Part shown: piece by piece, positions 26,148 to 39,819 of the stretch
Numbering within the stretch: position 1 is the first letter of the stretch
Layout of the letters: each line of letters begins with the position of its first letter
Assembly: GCA_964016885.1 (NCBI GenBank)
Contig: OZ024741.1
Location: 81,096,001 to 81,160,000 of the forward strand
Length of the DNA: 64,000 nucleotides
DNA from: Eledone cirrhosa
Taxonomy: Eukaryota
Direction: 5' to 3'
The notes under the pieces: model-generated
What the model saw: the letters and a program-made list of their open reading frames with translations, nothing else
Databases searched by the model: none
What the model was told of the DNA's origin: nothing
Position numbers and translations under genes: made by a program

Positions 26148-27137
26148 ATATATGAAAAATATGAAAACATAGCGTGCTGCGTGGTTTCAAATGGGTTACA
26201 TATGAATAAAATTAGTCCTTCATCAGTGATCTTCCAGCCTTCATTGGTATTTCAGCGCTTTAAAGACCATATACCTCTGGTTGGTGCGAGCAACGGCTAA
26301 AGAAAGTCGTTGAGACACATAAATAGGGGGAACGAGCAAAACAGTAAACAAACAAAGATGGTAATGCAATGAAAAGTGAGGAAGGCGTCAAGTCCCTGAA
26401 ATCGATGAACATAAGTTCTGTGAAATCGTAGACGAGAGAGAATAAAGACCATCCGACCTGGTCGAAGTGTGAGTGAGGAAAGAATCTCGCACAGGTCAAA
26501 CAGGAGGAAGTAGGAGAGGGAGTAGCAGAGAGTGAGTGAGTGAAAGTGTGAGGAAGAGGCTAACAGAGAGAGTGACTGGTAGAGGGGGTAAAAGAAAGTG
26601 AGAGATACAGAGAAAAGGGGAAGCAGTAAGAAAGAAACAGACGGGTCACAGCGGAGGAAAATATATATGAAAAATATGAAAACATGGCGTGCTGCGTGGT
26701 TGCAAATGGGTTACATATGAATAAAATTAGTCCTTCATCAGTGATCTTCCAGCCTTCATTGGTATTTCATCACTTTAAAGACCATATACCTCTGGTTGGT
26801 GAGAGCAACGGCTAAAGAAAGTCGTTGGGACATATAATAGGGGGAACGAGCGAGACAGTAAACAAAGATGGTAATGCAACGAAAAGTGAGGAAGAATCTC
26901 TCTCGTCCACGATTTCACAGAACTTATGTTCATCGATTTCAGGGACTTGACTCCTTCTTCCCCACTTTTCGTTGCATTACCATCTTTGTTTGTTTACTTT
27001 CTCACCCGTTCCTCCTATTTACGTGTCCCAATGACTTTCTTTAGCCGTTGCTCGCACCAACCAGAGGTATATGGTCTTTAAAGCGATGAAATACCAATGA
27101 AGGCTGGAAGATCACTGATAAAGGACTAATTTTATTC

Positions 27138-27140
<3 letters not shown>
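26148..27140. mobile_element. Non-coding element with direct (period ~515 bp) and inverted repeats, PLE pseudo-LTR-like arrangement
   Basis: 26151-26385 is repeated at 26666-26895, and 26897-27140 is its reverse complement. A diverged copy lies at ~31335-31420. Confidence 0.75.
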
Positions 27141-27189
<49 letters not shown>

Positions 27190-27194
<5 letters not shown>

Positions 27195-27893
27195 CTTTAA
27201 GCTAATTGACAAACACTTCCCTAAACTACACAAATACCATAGAATCTTTAACAGAAAAACTATCAAACTCTCTTACTCTACTGCAGCCAACATAGAATCA
27301 CACATACATAAAATCAACTACAAAAGAATCTCTAAAGAAAATAACCTACCAACATACACCATAGCACCAAATACAAAACAACATCACAACCACACACACA
27401 TCAGGGTGCATCACAACAAAAAATTAATAGGCCTAAATCTCAACCCACCCATAACAACGTAGAACCTGCACACAGGAAGGCCTCCAATTGTAACTGCCAC
27501 CTACCGGATAAGTGCCCACTACAAAATAGATACCTATGGTGTACCTGTGTACTATAAATTCAGGCAACTTAACATGGCACTACATAGGTTCCACAGCTGG
27601 AAAGATGGTATGTTCACAGACACTCTATGAAGAACCGTAAACTAGAGAACTCTACAACGCTGGCCAATAAAATCTGGCAGCTTAAAAACACAAACTAGGA
27701 ATATAGGATTAGCTGATCAAAATTATCGGGAGCAAGGGCCTACAACAATGGAATGTCCCACTGCGGACTTTGCAATATGGAGCTATTCTATATTTTAAAG
27801 TACGATAAGATGCTGCTTAACAGCAAAATAGAAAGATCAATTTTCTGTAGGCACAAAGCAGCTACCAAGTTCACAAATTTCAAACCACCATGA
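27190..27893 (+). pseudogene. Penelope-like element ORF remnant (RT C-terminus, linker and GIY-YIG endonuclease), disrupted
   Basis: KLIDKHFPKLHKYHRIFNRKTIKLSYST, NCNCHLPDKCPL, YIGST, STTLANKIWQLK, CGLCNMELFYIL and LLNSKIERSIFCRHK motifs, read across frameshifts. Confidence 0.85.
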
Positions 27894-28457
27894 TTTGACC
27901 CAGCAATCCCAAAATTCGAGCTGAACCACCCAGACTTTAATATACAGAATACATACCACCAACTGTTATTAACTGTCAACTGACCAACTGGTCACTAGAT
28001 CAAAAATCTCCTAACCTTTCTTTCACTCTCTCTCCCTGAAGCCACATAAACCCCATTAAGATAAGACAGTCAGCAGGCTAAACATTTACCACACACACAT
28101 ATCAAAATCCCCCTTCCCCGTCCATCCTTAGCCCTTATGTCTCATCCTCATATCTCTCAATTTTTAATTTATTGTTTTTTATCTTTTATCTGTCATTTGT
28201 TACTGCCTCTTATTCTCTACTTCTAACCCTTTGACCACCACATATGTATGTATCTATCTAATGTTGCTTTTCATGTTAGTACTACCTCCACCCCCACATC
28301 CTTATACAGACACTTACTCAGCACCACCACCACTATTATCAACTATTGTATTCTGTACTTATATATTTTTTTTTACTTATTTTTTATTTATTTATTTTTT
28401 ACTTTTTACATCTGTAACTTCTTTACCTCTTTATCATTATATTTCATTATTGATGTT

Positions 28458-28645
28458 CAGTGGATTGGCAGTATCAGTAGAGGGTCGGGCGCCATGCTTT
28501 CCAGCATAGTTACGTCCCTTTACGATCTGAGTTCAAATCTGCCGAGGTTGACTTTGCCTTTCATCCTTACGGGGTCGATAAAATAAAGTACCAGTAATGC
28601 ACTGGTTAATTGCTGGCCTTGTGCCTAAAGTAGAAACAATTATTG
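28458..28645 (+). mobile_element. OK-like SINE
   Basis: Close match to 13999-14190. Confidence 0.85.
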
Positions 28646-28705
28646 ATGTTATTGTTTTGATTCTACACTGTATCTATATATACCATTGCCATGTGTGAGT
28701 TCTCT

Positions 28706-28816
28706 AGTATTTTGAGGATTTGATCAGAGGTAAACACTGTATTTAAGGTCGAGACGCAACTTCGAGTGATTAGTGGCCTTTAGACTCACCTGATCAATGA
28801 AACAATTGTTAATACT
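28706..28816 (+). ncRNA. Degenerate hammerhead in the PLE 3' pseudo-LTR
   Basis: AGTATT-tTGAGGA-TTTGATCAG...CTGATCAAT-GAAA-CAATTG-TT-AATACT. Core C mutated to T, palindromic stem III, AATAAA downstream. Confidence 0.7.
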
Positions 28817-29036
28817 TGAAATAAAGCCCCTTGTTGTACAGCCGACCATGTTATTCTTCAATCTTTCACTATTATTACTCCAAGTATAACCTGTATAGGA
28901 ATTCTCGCAAACTCGCTACCTAACTATGGAAACATCTTGTTGAGTCAAACAAAGCTGTACGTTAAAACTATCCACAATACAGAGTACTCACAACCTCTAA
29001 CTGGATTACCTATAACGATAACTTGTTATCCCATAT

Positions 29037-29730
29037 ATCATCATCACCGTTTAACGCCTATCTCCCACGCTAGCATGGGTTTAGACGGGAATTGTCCCAC
29101 TTGAGGCAAGATTGGTCGTCTCACTCGTATAGGACTGCCTGGCAGGTTTTCTACGGCTGGATGCCCTTCCTAACACCAACCACGTTTACAGTGTGGACTG
29201 GGAGGGTTTTACAGTGTTACCTACATGGCCACATTACAGCATGGACTGTGTTTTTTTTTTGTCGTGACACCTACACGACCTCATTTATTTAGGACTGGAT
29301 GTTGTGGTACCAACATAACTTTACAGAGAAAGGGGTGGTGTTGATAGGGGTGGGGGAGTTGGGGGCAGTGAGAGGTGCCTACTGACTGTAGGTTTCGCTT
29401 TGTACTTAGGCAAGGCGGGTTTTCTGTATTATTGCGTGGCGCCAAAGATCTCAGTCCAGTGACATTGTCTTAGAGAGGTGTAAGTGTGTAAGGTCGGAAT
29501 TATCAAATCGTCCCAGGTTTTTCTAGGTCTGCCTACTCCGTAACTTCCGTCAATTTTGATTGCCCTACACTTTTTTATACAGCTGTCGTCTTTCATGCGC
29601 ATCACGTGACCATACCAACGTAGCCTTCTCTCGAGTAAACAGCATCTGATCCCTCTTATACCTAATTTCTCACTCAGTTCATTTATGCTTTGCTGTTCAC
29701 GTATATTACTATTACACATCCAGCGAAGCA
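29037..29730 (-). mobile_element. RTE LINE 3' fragment
   Basis: ORF 29429-29755 (RRLRWYGHVMRM...GRPRKTW) plus 3'UTR and tail. Confidence 0.9.
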
Positions 29731-29969
29731 TATATATATATGTAATAAACAACACAATATAATTATTCCATTATGTTGTTTATTACATAATTAAATAGAT
29801 CTGTACTATACATACAGCACTCTTCTTTCCTTTACCTTACACACATACACAAATACTTACACACACACACCCATATATATATATATATATATATATAAGC
29901 ATGTGTGTAGTTATTTGATGATGGTGTGTATGTGTGTGTATGCATATAAATATACACATGTACTTGAAT

Positions 29970-30545
29970 CAAGGTGTTCGTGGAAGTGCCACGGCAAAAA
30001 AGCACCCAGCCCACACTGTAAAGTGGACATGTAGGCGCCACGAAAAAGCACCCAGCACTCACTGTAAATGAGGTTGGTGTTAGGAAGGGCATCCAGCTGT
30101 AGAAATCAAGCCAAATCAGTTCCTGTCTGAGCAAGGCATGGTCAGCCGACCAGACACTGCCCACAACAGGACAACCCGTCTAACCCATGCTAGCATGGAA
30201 GAACGGACGTAAAACGGTGATGATGATGATATTTACATCTATCTATGTACTTACATATAAAAATAATGATATACATATTCATCATCATCATCATTTAACG
30301 TCCATTTTCCATGCTAGCATGGGTTAGATGAGTTGTCCCATTGTGAGACAAATGAGATCAGATGGCTGTGTTTTGCTTATACAGAACTGTTTCTAGCTTG
30401 GTTTCTACAGCTGGATGCCCTTGCTAATGCCAACCAAATTTACAGTGTGGACTGGGTGCTTTTTGTCATGACACCTACACGACTACTTTACAGTGTGAGC
30501 TGGGCTCTTTTTGTCATGGCACCAAAACAACTACTTTACAATCAG
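29970..30545. mobile_element. Two RTE/SINE 3' tails arranged tail to tail (29970-30230 +, 30280-30545 -)
   Basis: Same tail consensus in opposite orientations, ~50 bp apart. Confidence 0.8.
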
Positions 30546-32644
30546 GACTGAGGAGAGAGTTAGGTGGGGATTGGTGGCAGATCTAGGGTGGGAAAGTAGG
30601 GATGTGGGTGGATGAAGGGTGTGGTTTTAGTTTCACGCTTTATATTGGAAAAAGGAAAGAAAGTTTGATGTGTCGGACTTAAGCCCTTATTCAGGAGTAC
30701 AAAATAGAGACAGGATCACAATGGAGAAACAGGAAAAAGGTCCAGAAAAGACAGCAAAAATTCAAAAATGAAAATGGAAAACAAGATGACCGTCAGGTAG
30801 TCTTGGTAACGAGTTGGAAGGCAAGTGGAGTGTGTGTGTATTAATGTTGTTATATGTGTGAGTTATACACACACACATACATATATACATACATATACAT
30901 ACACACACACATAAATGTGTGTATGATACAAATATCTATTATAAATGCAAATACACATAAATATTTCTGTAGAAGTTATATTTTATCATGACATATATAT
31001 TCAAAATAACATATGTCTTGATCATCACTAGCTATAACAGAAGACACTACATTAATCGCCAGAAATACACTCTCCTTGTTAGTGACCCTTTGACACAGAT
31101 AACATTGAACCAAAGCACAAAGAAAATATAGTAATTCAATTTCTATATTTCTATATGATAAACTATTTATGAATTTCTAAATCTATATAATATTTATACT
31201 AGTATATAACTTGATGTTTTAATGGAAGGAAAGATATTTGTTCCCTTTGCTAAACTGTCAGACAACTATGCTATATATATAGAGAGATTTGTTTCCAAGG
31301 ATACATTACACAGAAGGAAATATGTTTTGTAAATAAGATGATGAAATACCAATGATGGTTGGAAAATCAGTGACGAAGGACTATTTTTATCATATGTAAC
31401 CCATGTGCAACCACACAGTATTCTTCTTTCTTCTCATGTTTTATATATATATATATATATATATACACATACATACTTCATCATTGTTCTTTACCATCCA
31501 TTTTTCCATGCTAGAATGGGTTAGATGAGTTTGAGATAAGCCAGGTCAGATGACCGTATCTTGCTCGCACAGAACTGATTTTGGCTTGGTTTCTACAGTT
31601 TGATGCCCTAACAATACATATATACATATATAAATATATACATATAAATACATATATAAATATATATATATACATACATATATAAACACACAAACACATA
31701 TATATTGCCAATTTCATGTGGTTAGAATGTCCCAAGAAAGAATTGCTAGACAGATTTTACGGGCAAAACTAACCAGCAGGAGACCCCTAGCAAGATGGTT
31801 GGATAACATCCATGAGCTTGGCTGGTCTCGATTGGGGACCAGCTGGATCAGTTGGAGATGGATGCTTTTGACAGGACCCACTGGAAGGTATGTTTGAGGA
31901 CTCTGCCTCCATGACCCCTTTCAGGAATAAGTGGGCGAAGAAGGATATAGATATATTGTACTCCTTCACCTCCTCAATTTCATTATCCCCCACCATAATT
32001 CAGTCTTGTACTATGTATTTAGACCACAGTATTTTCTTTGCGGTGTACTGCTGAAATCTCGATGTCTACTGCATGATCTGCAAATGACATGTGGTTTCTG
32101 TGAAAGCACAAGTTTGGCTGAACCAGATATGTTGCAAGGTTGACAGACAATACACAGACCAATGCAGTTGTTGAGGGGTACCTAAGGGATCACAAGAGAC
32201 TGGTTGGAAGATAATTGGAAGACAACATTATGGAATTGTTGTATTTGGAGATAGTCATGTTGACAGTATTGCTATTAAAAAGAAACACATGCACCATATA
32301 ATTTTCACTTTTTTACTTTATCTTCATTACTTGTTATTGGTTAGTTCATCAAAGTTTTTTCATCACACATTCTGTGACCTCCTCAATGACTATTCTCTTC
32401 TGTACCTAATCTTCTTTCTGGTCTTAATCTGTTACTCCATATTGTCAAAACTTTGACGAACTAATGAATAACTAGTAATAAAGATCAAGTGATCATAGTA
32501 GGTTTCTTTTTACTGGAAATACTGGCAACATGACCATCCCCAAATATAATATTCATTTCAACATATGATTTCACATCAAGAATCTTGCAAAACAAATACA
32601 CAAACATAACATAATATGATTTGGGTCAAATGGAAGAGCATTGT

Positions 32645-32812
32645 AATCAGTGATGTATAAGGACATCTGATAGTCTGGCCAATCCATTGTGATCAGTGAT
32701 GTATGAGGACATCTGATAGTCTGGTAAACCTATGGTGATCAGCCAAGTAGTCTTGGTGATCCATTGTGGCCAGCGATGTATCAGGACATTTGATAGTCTG
32801 GTCCATCCAGGT
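32645..32812. repeat. Degenerate ~47-bp tandem repeat, ~3 copies
   Basis: GATGTAT.AGGACAT.TGATAGTCTGG recurs three times. Confidence 0.8.
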
Positions 32813-34706
32813 ATCCATATATATATATATTTTTTTTTCAACTATCATCACTTGAATTTTGTAGTTGGAAACTGTGCAGAAACCCCTCATATATACATAT
32901 ACGTATAGCTTCCTTCAATATATATACATACAAACTAGCAAAATGATGTTAAAAAAAATGGAGGTGCTCATTGGATGGGCACCTTTGGTGTATTTGCTCT
33001 ACACTATGTTTCAAACGCTTCCTTGTTACTCTTGCAGTTAGAAGTGCAATGAACCAGCGATAGGCTTTCAAAACCTGAAACCAGTGGTAAAATCATTTAC
33101 AAATATATGATACACCACAAATATATAATACATCACAAGCATTATAATATATCACAAACCTATCATAAATTGTGTGTTGCCATTACAAATTGTATCTACT
33201 TAAGAATACATCACACACACACAGACATTCATAACTTATCATACCACACATTCACACACACACAACCAAACCTGCATACTATCACATAATCCCCGTGCAC
33301 CCACTTTCTCTACACTTACATAGGCACACACAGAAACTACCAAACCATGCATACAGACACACTCATACACAAACAGCTACATATATTCATCACCACTATC
33401 TCCTACCACACACTACCTACCAATCGCAACCACCACCAACCACCTCCCATCATTTCAACCACGGCCACCACCACCACCATGAAGTAATCAATGAATCAAT
33501 CAATCAGAAAGGCGTCTTTCATAATAGATCAGCCCCATAGACAAACGAAAGCAAGAAGGCTAACAACAGCCAGCAGGACTTAAGCTATATTTAAAATACA
33601 TGCTTGCAGCTTCTTTCACACAAGAACACCCCCAAACCTTTCCTGTCCTTACCATACCCCCATAACAAACTACTTTTCCTTGAAGACAGCTTTTAGGAAA
33701 ATACAAAAAAAAACAAACAAAACAAACAAATAAATAAAAGAGAGAGAGAAAAGAAAGGAAAAAATATTGCCTATTAACTCTAAATATCCTACAATAATTT
33801 AGCAGAAAATATCTAAAAATGAGTTAATTCAAATGTTTATATTATCTTAACCAGTGGACAGACTGGAGTGAAAAATTGTAATATTAGACAAAATACTTTA
33901 ATTTTTAATGGTATGAACAGGGTCGAGCTATATTCAAAATACTTGCATGAAGCTTTTTACACACAAGGTCCAGACCTCCTCAGGTTCCCAAAGCTTCTTA
34001 GTCTTTACTATTTCACAATAAAAAACCCATCTGTTCTTGAAGAAAGTTTTTTAGAAAATAAAAAATTAGATTGTCTTTGAATAAGACCTTTCCCACTGAT
34101 GCCAAGCCAATACAGCAATGGCTAAAAACAGGTGTTGTTTACATTTCTAACCAACTGTTAAGGCATCTAATTAGATGGTGGAATATGGCCAGACTGCTTT
34201 GGGGTAATGGTTACCGGAGTCACTTGCTATATGTGAATGGTTTGATTCCTGCAAGTATCTTTGACCACTTTTTCCCCATCGTCAAAGGTAATTTACCCAA
34301 CTTATTCCACTATTTATTTTATAATTCATATGCATTGAGGCAATTTTTCTTTAAAAAAGCAAAATTTCCAAATTTGCTTAATAGCTTCATAAACATATTG
34401 GTGCTGTTTATATTAAAATATGGAACTGAATCATCATAAAACTATTAATAACTTTTTTAATTTGCAAGGTCACAAAATAATGGGGGACAATACAAGGACA
34501 AAACAACACAAAGTGGGACTTATATCAGACAAAGGGAACAATATTAATAATTATAAATAATAATTTCTAATTCAGGCACAATCCCAGCATTATATAGATG
34601 GTGTTAGTTAGGGGGTTAAAGAGCGTAGTCGATTAATCCTTTCGATACTGAACTGACTGAACCACCCATTCTATGATACTAAACTATTTTAGTGTGTATA
34701 TATTAA

Positions 34707-34904
34707 CCCTTTAGCATTTAAGCTGGCCATATCCAGCCAGTTCTCTCACCTCTTTCTGTTCAAACTGGCCTCTCTGATACTGATGCTAAGATATTGTTCT
34801 CAAAATAAATAACATCAAAATTTCATAGATTTGATATTGAGTGAGGTAAAGCCTTTACTGTGAACATACAACAGTAAATATAGGGTAAAGTAAATGCTAA
34901 AGGG
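34707..34904. mobile_element. piggyBac-type MITE with TTAA target duplication
   Basis: TTAA-CCCTTTAGCATTTA ... TAAATGCTAAAGGG-TTAA: perfect 14-bp TIRs. Confidence 0.92.
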
Positions 34905-35676
34905 TTAATCTAAAAGTATCCATCATAACTTTAAGTCCCTTTTAAAAGTTATATTCCAGATAAATGAGGAAGTTATTTATATTACCAAATCCCTGCCAAT
35001 TCTTTATCTTCAAAATGATTATAAAATCAGTGTTTTTCATTAGAAATATGGAAATGAAGGAGTTAAATCAGCCACAATATTATTGATCTTAAGAAAATAA
35101 GCACTGAAAGCAATTTTTATCTCAGAGAAATCTGATATCAGAAAAGCATGCAAGATAAATTTAAACATGCTTCACTGCACTTTATATTCCTTTTGTTTCA
35201 TTCCCATGCAATATTTTTCTACTTTTCATTCCTGCTAATAGAATTGACATTCATCCAGATATCAGGTGGACTATAAACATGAAGTGACTTGATACCTAAG
35301 AATTCTCAACAGAGACTCTGATTTATGAACAAAGAATAAGGCATATCACAAAATAGTCATTGTGTCCTTACAAAAGGAAAACTTATTGATTGAATATAGA
35401 TCACCATTCAGTTTTTCTTAAGTTCTATTTAATTGCAGCTTTTCTCCTCCTGCTTTTGTTTTGCCCCCAACTATCCACTTTAATAGTAAACTACTGAGTT
35501 TAAAGTACCTAAGCACCTACTGCAATTATCGTTGTCTGACTAACGAGCTCAACATTAGTCAGCTGACTCAATGAAGTTAATGACTTTTTACAAGGATGAA
35601 ATAATCCTTGGAAATCAACTATAAGAATAAGACATCATACTGTATATGTGTATGTATATATATATATATATATATA

Positions 35677-38656
35677 TCATCATCATCATCATCATCATTT
35701 AACGTCCATATTCCACGCTTGCATGGGTTTGGACGGGAGTTTTCCCACTTGAGGCAAGAGTGGTTGTCTTGCTCGCATAGGACTGTCTGGCGGGTTTTCT
35801 ACGGCTGGATGCCCTTCCTAACACCAACCACATTTACAGAGTGGAACTGGGAGGTTTTTACCGTGTTACCTACATGGCCACATTACAGCGTGGACTGTGT
35901 GTTTTTTTGTCGTCACACCTACACGACCTCATTTGTTTCGGCCTGGATGTTGTGGTACCAACATAACTTTACATTGAAAGGGGCGGTGTGGATGGGGTGG
36001 GGCTAGTGGGACGGGGGTGTATTTTGTTAGAGGTGCCTACTGACTGTAGTAGGTTTTACTTTGTATTTAGGTAAGGCGAGTCTTCTCTATTACTGAGTAC
36101 CGCCAAAGATCTCGGTCCAGTGACATTGTCTTGGAGAGGTGTAAGTGTGTGAGGTCGGAATTTATCAAGTCGTCCCAGGTTTTTCTGGGTCTGCCTACTT
36201 CGTGGCTACTGTCTATTTTTATTGCCCTGCACTTTTTTATACAGCTGTCGTCTTTCATGTGCATCATGTGACCATACCAACGTAGCCTTCTCTCGAGTAA
36301 ACAACATCTGATCCCTCTTATTTCTAATTTTTCCCTTAGTTCGTTAATGCTTTGCCGTTCACGTATATTACTATTATTACACATCCAGCGGAGCATGCAA
36401 GCTTCCTTCATTCCTCTCTAGTCTGCGTATATCCTCTGCACACAATGCCCAGGTCTCACTGCCATGCAACATTGCTGTTCGTATGCAGCAATCATACAGC
36501 CTGCCTTTCATTTTCAGGGAGAATCTTTTAGCGGCTAATAGTGGTATAAGCTCTCTGAACTTTTTCCATCCAGTTCTGACTCTAGCTACTGTACTTTCCG
36601 AGCACCCTCCCCCACTGCTGATTTTGTCACCCAGGTAACGGAAGCTGTCCACTATTTCTATAGAACCCTCTGTGCAATTGAAAGAGCTAGTATTTTGTGG
36701 GCACTTGCTGCTACTTATTGCACCAGAGCACCGGCCACATGTAAAATCTATGTTCTTAGTTAGCTTACCTGTGATCCCACTACATCTTTTATGCACCCAT
36801 ACTTTGCATTTGGGACATAAAATGGAGTTTCTACCTACGCCTTTCCTACACACTGAGCATGGCCATTTCCCGGATGGGACCGGCGCCCTATTTTCCTTCC
36901 TACAAACTAGAACTTTAGTCTTAGCCAGGTTAATTTTAAGGCCTTTTGATTCTAGGCCGTGCTTCCATGTTTGGAATTTCTTCTCTAGTTCGGCCATTGA
37001 TTCAGCTATGAGCGTTAGATCATCGTCGTATAGGAGTTCCCATGAGCAGCCGGTCTTGAACTCCACTGTTATAGCCTGAAGGGCAATAATAAATAGTAGG
37101 GGGCTAAGAACGGAGCCCTGATGAACACCAACTTTTACGTTAAACTCTTCACTATATTCGTTGTTAATTCTAACCTTGCTGACTGTTTCTTTATACATGG
37201 CTTATATAGCTCTCACAAGCCATTCATCAACACCTAGTTTTCTAAGAGCCCACCAGATAATGGAACGGGGGACTCTGTCGAAGGCTTTCTCCAAGTCGAC
37301 GAAAGTTAAGTATAGGGGTTTACTTTTAGCTAGGTACTTCTCCTGTAGTTGTCGTACAATGAAAAGAGCGTCTGTGGTACTTTTGCCTGACACAAACCCG
37401 AACTGCATTTCATCTAGATCAATTCTCTCTCTGATTAGTTGCGCTATTACTTTTTCCGTGACGTTCATAACCTGGTCGATAAATTTAATGCCTCTATAGT
37501 TACTCCTATCTAGGGCATCTCCTTTACCCTTGTAGCAGTTAATGATGATGCTGCTACGCCAGTCCTTCGGAACAACCCCATTCTGTATGACTTGGTTTAC
37601 TATCCGGGTGACCATGGTGTGTCCCACCGTTCCAGAGGCTTTCAGCATCTCAGCAACTATTTCCGAAGGCCCAGCTGCCTTACCCGTCTTCATATCTTTG
37701 ATTGCCTTACTTATTATACTACCTTCGACTAATACTGCTGGTCCCTCTATTGGGTTGATGTGGGGGAGACTGTCTTTCTCCCATTTATTCTCCTCATTTA
37801 GTAGCCTTTCGTAGTGACACTTCCAAGCTACCTTTTTATCAGCGTCAGTGATGGCAAGTACACCATCATCATTAAGTACACACTTCTCCCCGACAATATC
37901 ACGGTTTTCCTTGACACATTGCCTAGCAATCCTGAACACCTCACGTTTTTGGTCCTCGCGTTGTAGAACATGCTTGAACTTTCTTTCCTCTGCTTCCCTT
38001 CTTGCGAAGTACACTTGTCTCCGAGCTTCACTCCTGGCCACTTGATAGTCTTCTCTACTTCCCCCATCCCGCCATACTTTCCAAGCCTGCTTTTTAGCCT
38101 TAATTGACTCCTCCACCGTACTGTTCCACCACCATGTTACTCTCCTTCTGCCTATAGGCCTGCTCCAGCCACAGACTTCGTCTGCCGCCATCAGCAGGTT
38201 TGCTTTCAGGAATTCCCACTGTTCCTCTATATTGTACGACTCTAAATGCTCTTCCTTACTGTCGAAAGCATCAAGTAATATGCTTTTAAATTTATTTCTG
38301 GCTGTGGGGTCCTTTAGCTTCCATATTTTTCTCCTGAGGATAGTCCTCTTCTGCTGTCGAGTACGTCTCGTCCTGACTATGAGGTCGCTAATTATGAGTA
38401 TGTTGGGAGGTGCATTCTTCATGGGGGAGGGATTTAGTGTTTACAACAGACACTCTGTCACGTCTTCTGGTAAGGATATAATCTACCTGGCTGGTATGTT
38501 CCCCTGATCTGTAGGTGATCAAGTGATTGTCTCGTTTTTTTAAGTTAGTGTTACAGATAGTTAGGTTATTTGCGTCACAGAATTCCAGGATTCTGGAGCC
38601 TTCCTCATTTCTAGTACCTAACCCATAGCCTCCGTGGATTCCATCATAGCCGTCAT
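35677..38656 (-). mobile_element. 5'-truncated RTE LINE (partial APE, RT, PHD-like finger, 3'UTR)
   Basis: ORFs 37202-38422, 36377-37198 and 36067-36411, plus a (CAT)n tail. Confidence 0.97.
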
Positions 38657-38780
38657 AAGTGGTAACACAACAGTTAGTTCACTAGGTATGATGAACTAAC
38701 TGTTGTGTTACCACTTCTACCTAACTCGTCCCATGGACTAAGTGCTCTACCACTACGGATATTATCTTCCAGTGTTCTAC

Positions 38781-38785
<5 letters not shown>
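38657..38785. repeat. Second hairpin-plus-tail element (~25-bp perfect arms)
   Basis: AAGTGGTAACACAACAGTTAGTTCA / TGAACTAACTGTTGTGTTACCACTT, at the 5' junction of the LINE. Confidence 0.75.
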
Positions 38786-38811
<26 letters not shown>

Positions 38812-39349
38812 TGTTGCTTTGTTAATTTTCTATGTGCAGATGTGAAATTTCGTCAGTAGGTGTTTAAATATCAATGATCTACAATTATATTTTTACCTCA
38901 CTTTTATGGACAGGTGTAAAAGTGACTACTTTATGGATAAACACAAGAATTAAACTTTATATGCTTTACCCGTTAAGTTTGTTACAAAAATTATCTAACA
39001 ATGACCTAGATGTTGACTTCCAACAATTTTAGCACTTTTACGAACATGTGAATTAATTTAAAATGCAGGTATGATCAGTACAAGGTTTTAGTCTTTCTCT
39101 ACATTTCATGCAAATATTTTCATTGAAAAGAAAGTATAAAAACTATTTTACCAGTTAATATAATATTGGCAATGTACTCTTACACAATATACTGAGTAGA
39201 TTTACATAATGTGCCCAATAAAAAAAGCTCATTAACAGCTGACACAGGTGAATACTGGTGTGTACATACAGAAAATCAATCCATATTTCTGGCTTTTGCA
39301 TATAATTTGTGTTCAAATAATATTTTTTTTAACAGCATAATTAATATTG

Positions 39350-39805
39350 TCAGGTAATATTTCTGTCATGAAATTGGCCAAAGCAACCCTTTACATAATG
39401 GCACTTTACAAAAGGATGTTTCTATCTGGTAAACTTTGGTGTTTTTTCTCTTTTGCAAAGAGCAGATTCTGCAAACTTTCTTCCTCCCATTAATTTTTTT
39501 CTATCTTATGAAAATCAATATTTTCTCTGTTAACATTTACTTCAGTTAGTTTTGATTTTCTCCCGGCTCTGTGTTTATGAGAAGTGTACCCTCCACTAAC
39601 AGTAGTTTTTATTTTGTGGTAGCAGATCCTTGTGGCTTTCAGTGAATACAAGAAAAGAATTCACAATGGTTAAATTCACTAAAAATCACAAAATGTACCT
39701 CCAACATCTCTTTTCAAGACTTCAAACTGCATAGTATGCCCAATACTGGTTGGATTTGTTGACCCCACCCAAGTATTTATTGTAGAAAACATTTACTAAG
39801 GGTTT
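39350..39805 (-). pseudogene. piggyBac transposase C-terminal remnant
   Basis: Minus-strand translation gives KPLVNVFYNKYLGGVNKSNQYWAYY...RCWRYIL*FLVNLTIVNSFLV and the Cys-rich tail GRKVCRICS...IETSFCKVPLCK..CFGQFH. Possible degraded TIR near 38965. Confidence 0.8.
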
Positions 39806-39819
39806 ACCTTCAGCTGTAA

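Noticed and set aside
26220-26226. CTGATGA (minus) in the 26148-27140 element as a hammerhead core
   Set aside because: No GAAA with a pairing stem II and NUH site found on the same strand in a plausible topology.
27713-27716. In-frame TGA in the PLE remnant as possible selenocysteine
   Set aside because: It falls at a position expected to be Trp (TGG to TGA) in an already frameshifted relic. The visible Cys positions are ordinary Cys codons.
32940-33100. GAAACCAGTGGTA with upstream hairpins as a hammerhead
   Set aside because: No recognisable CUGANGA core. At most a relic, so it was not counted.
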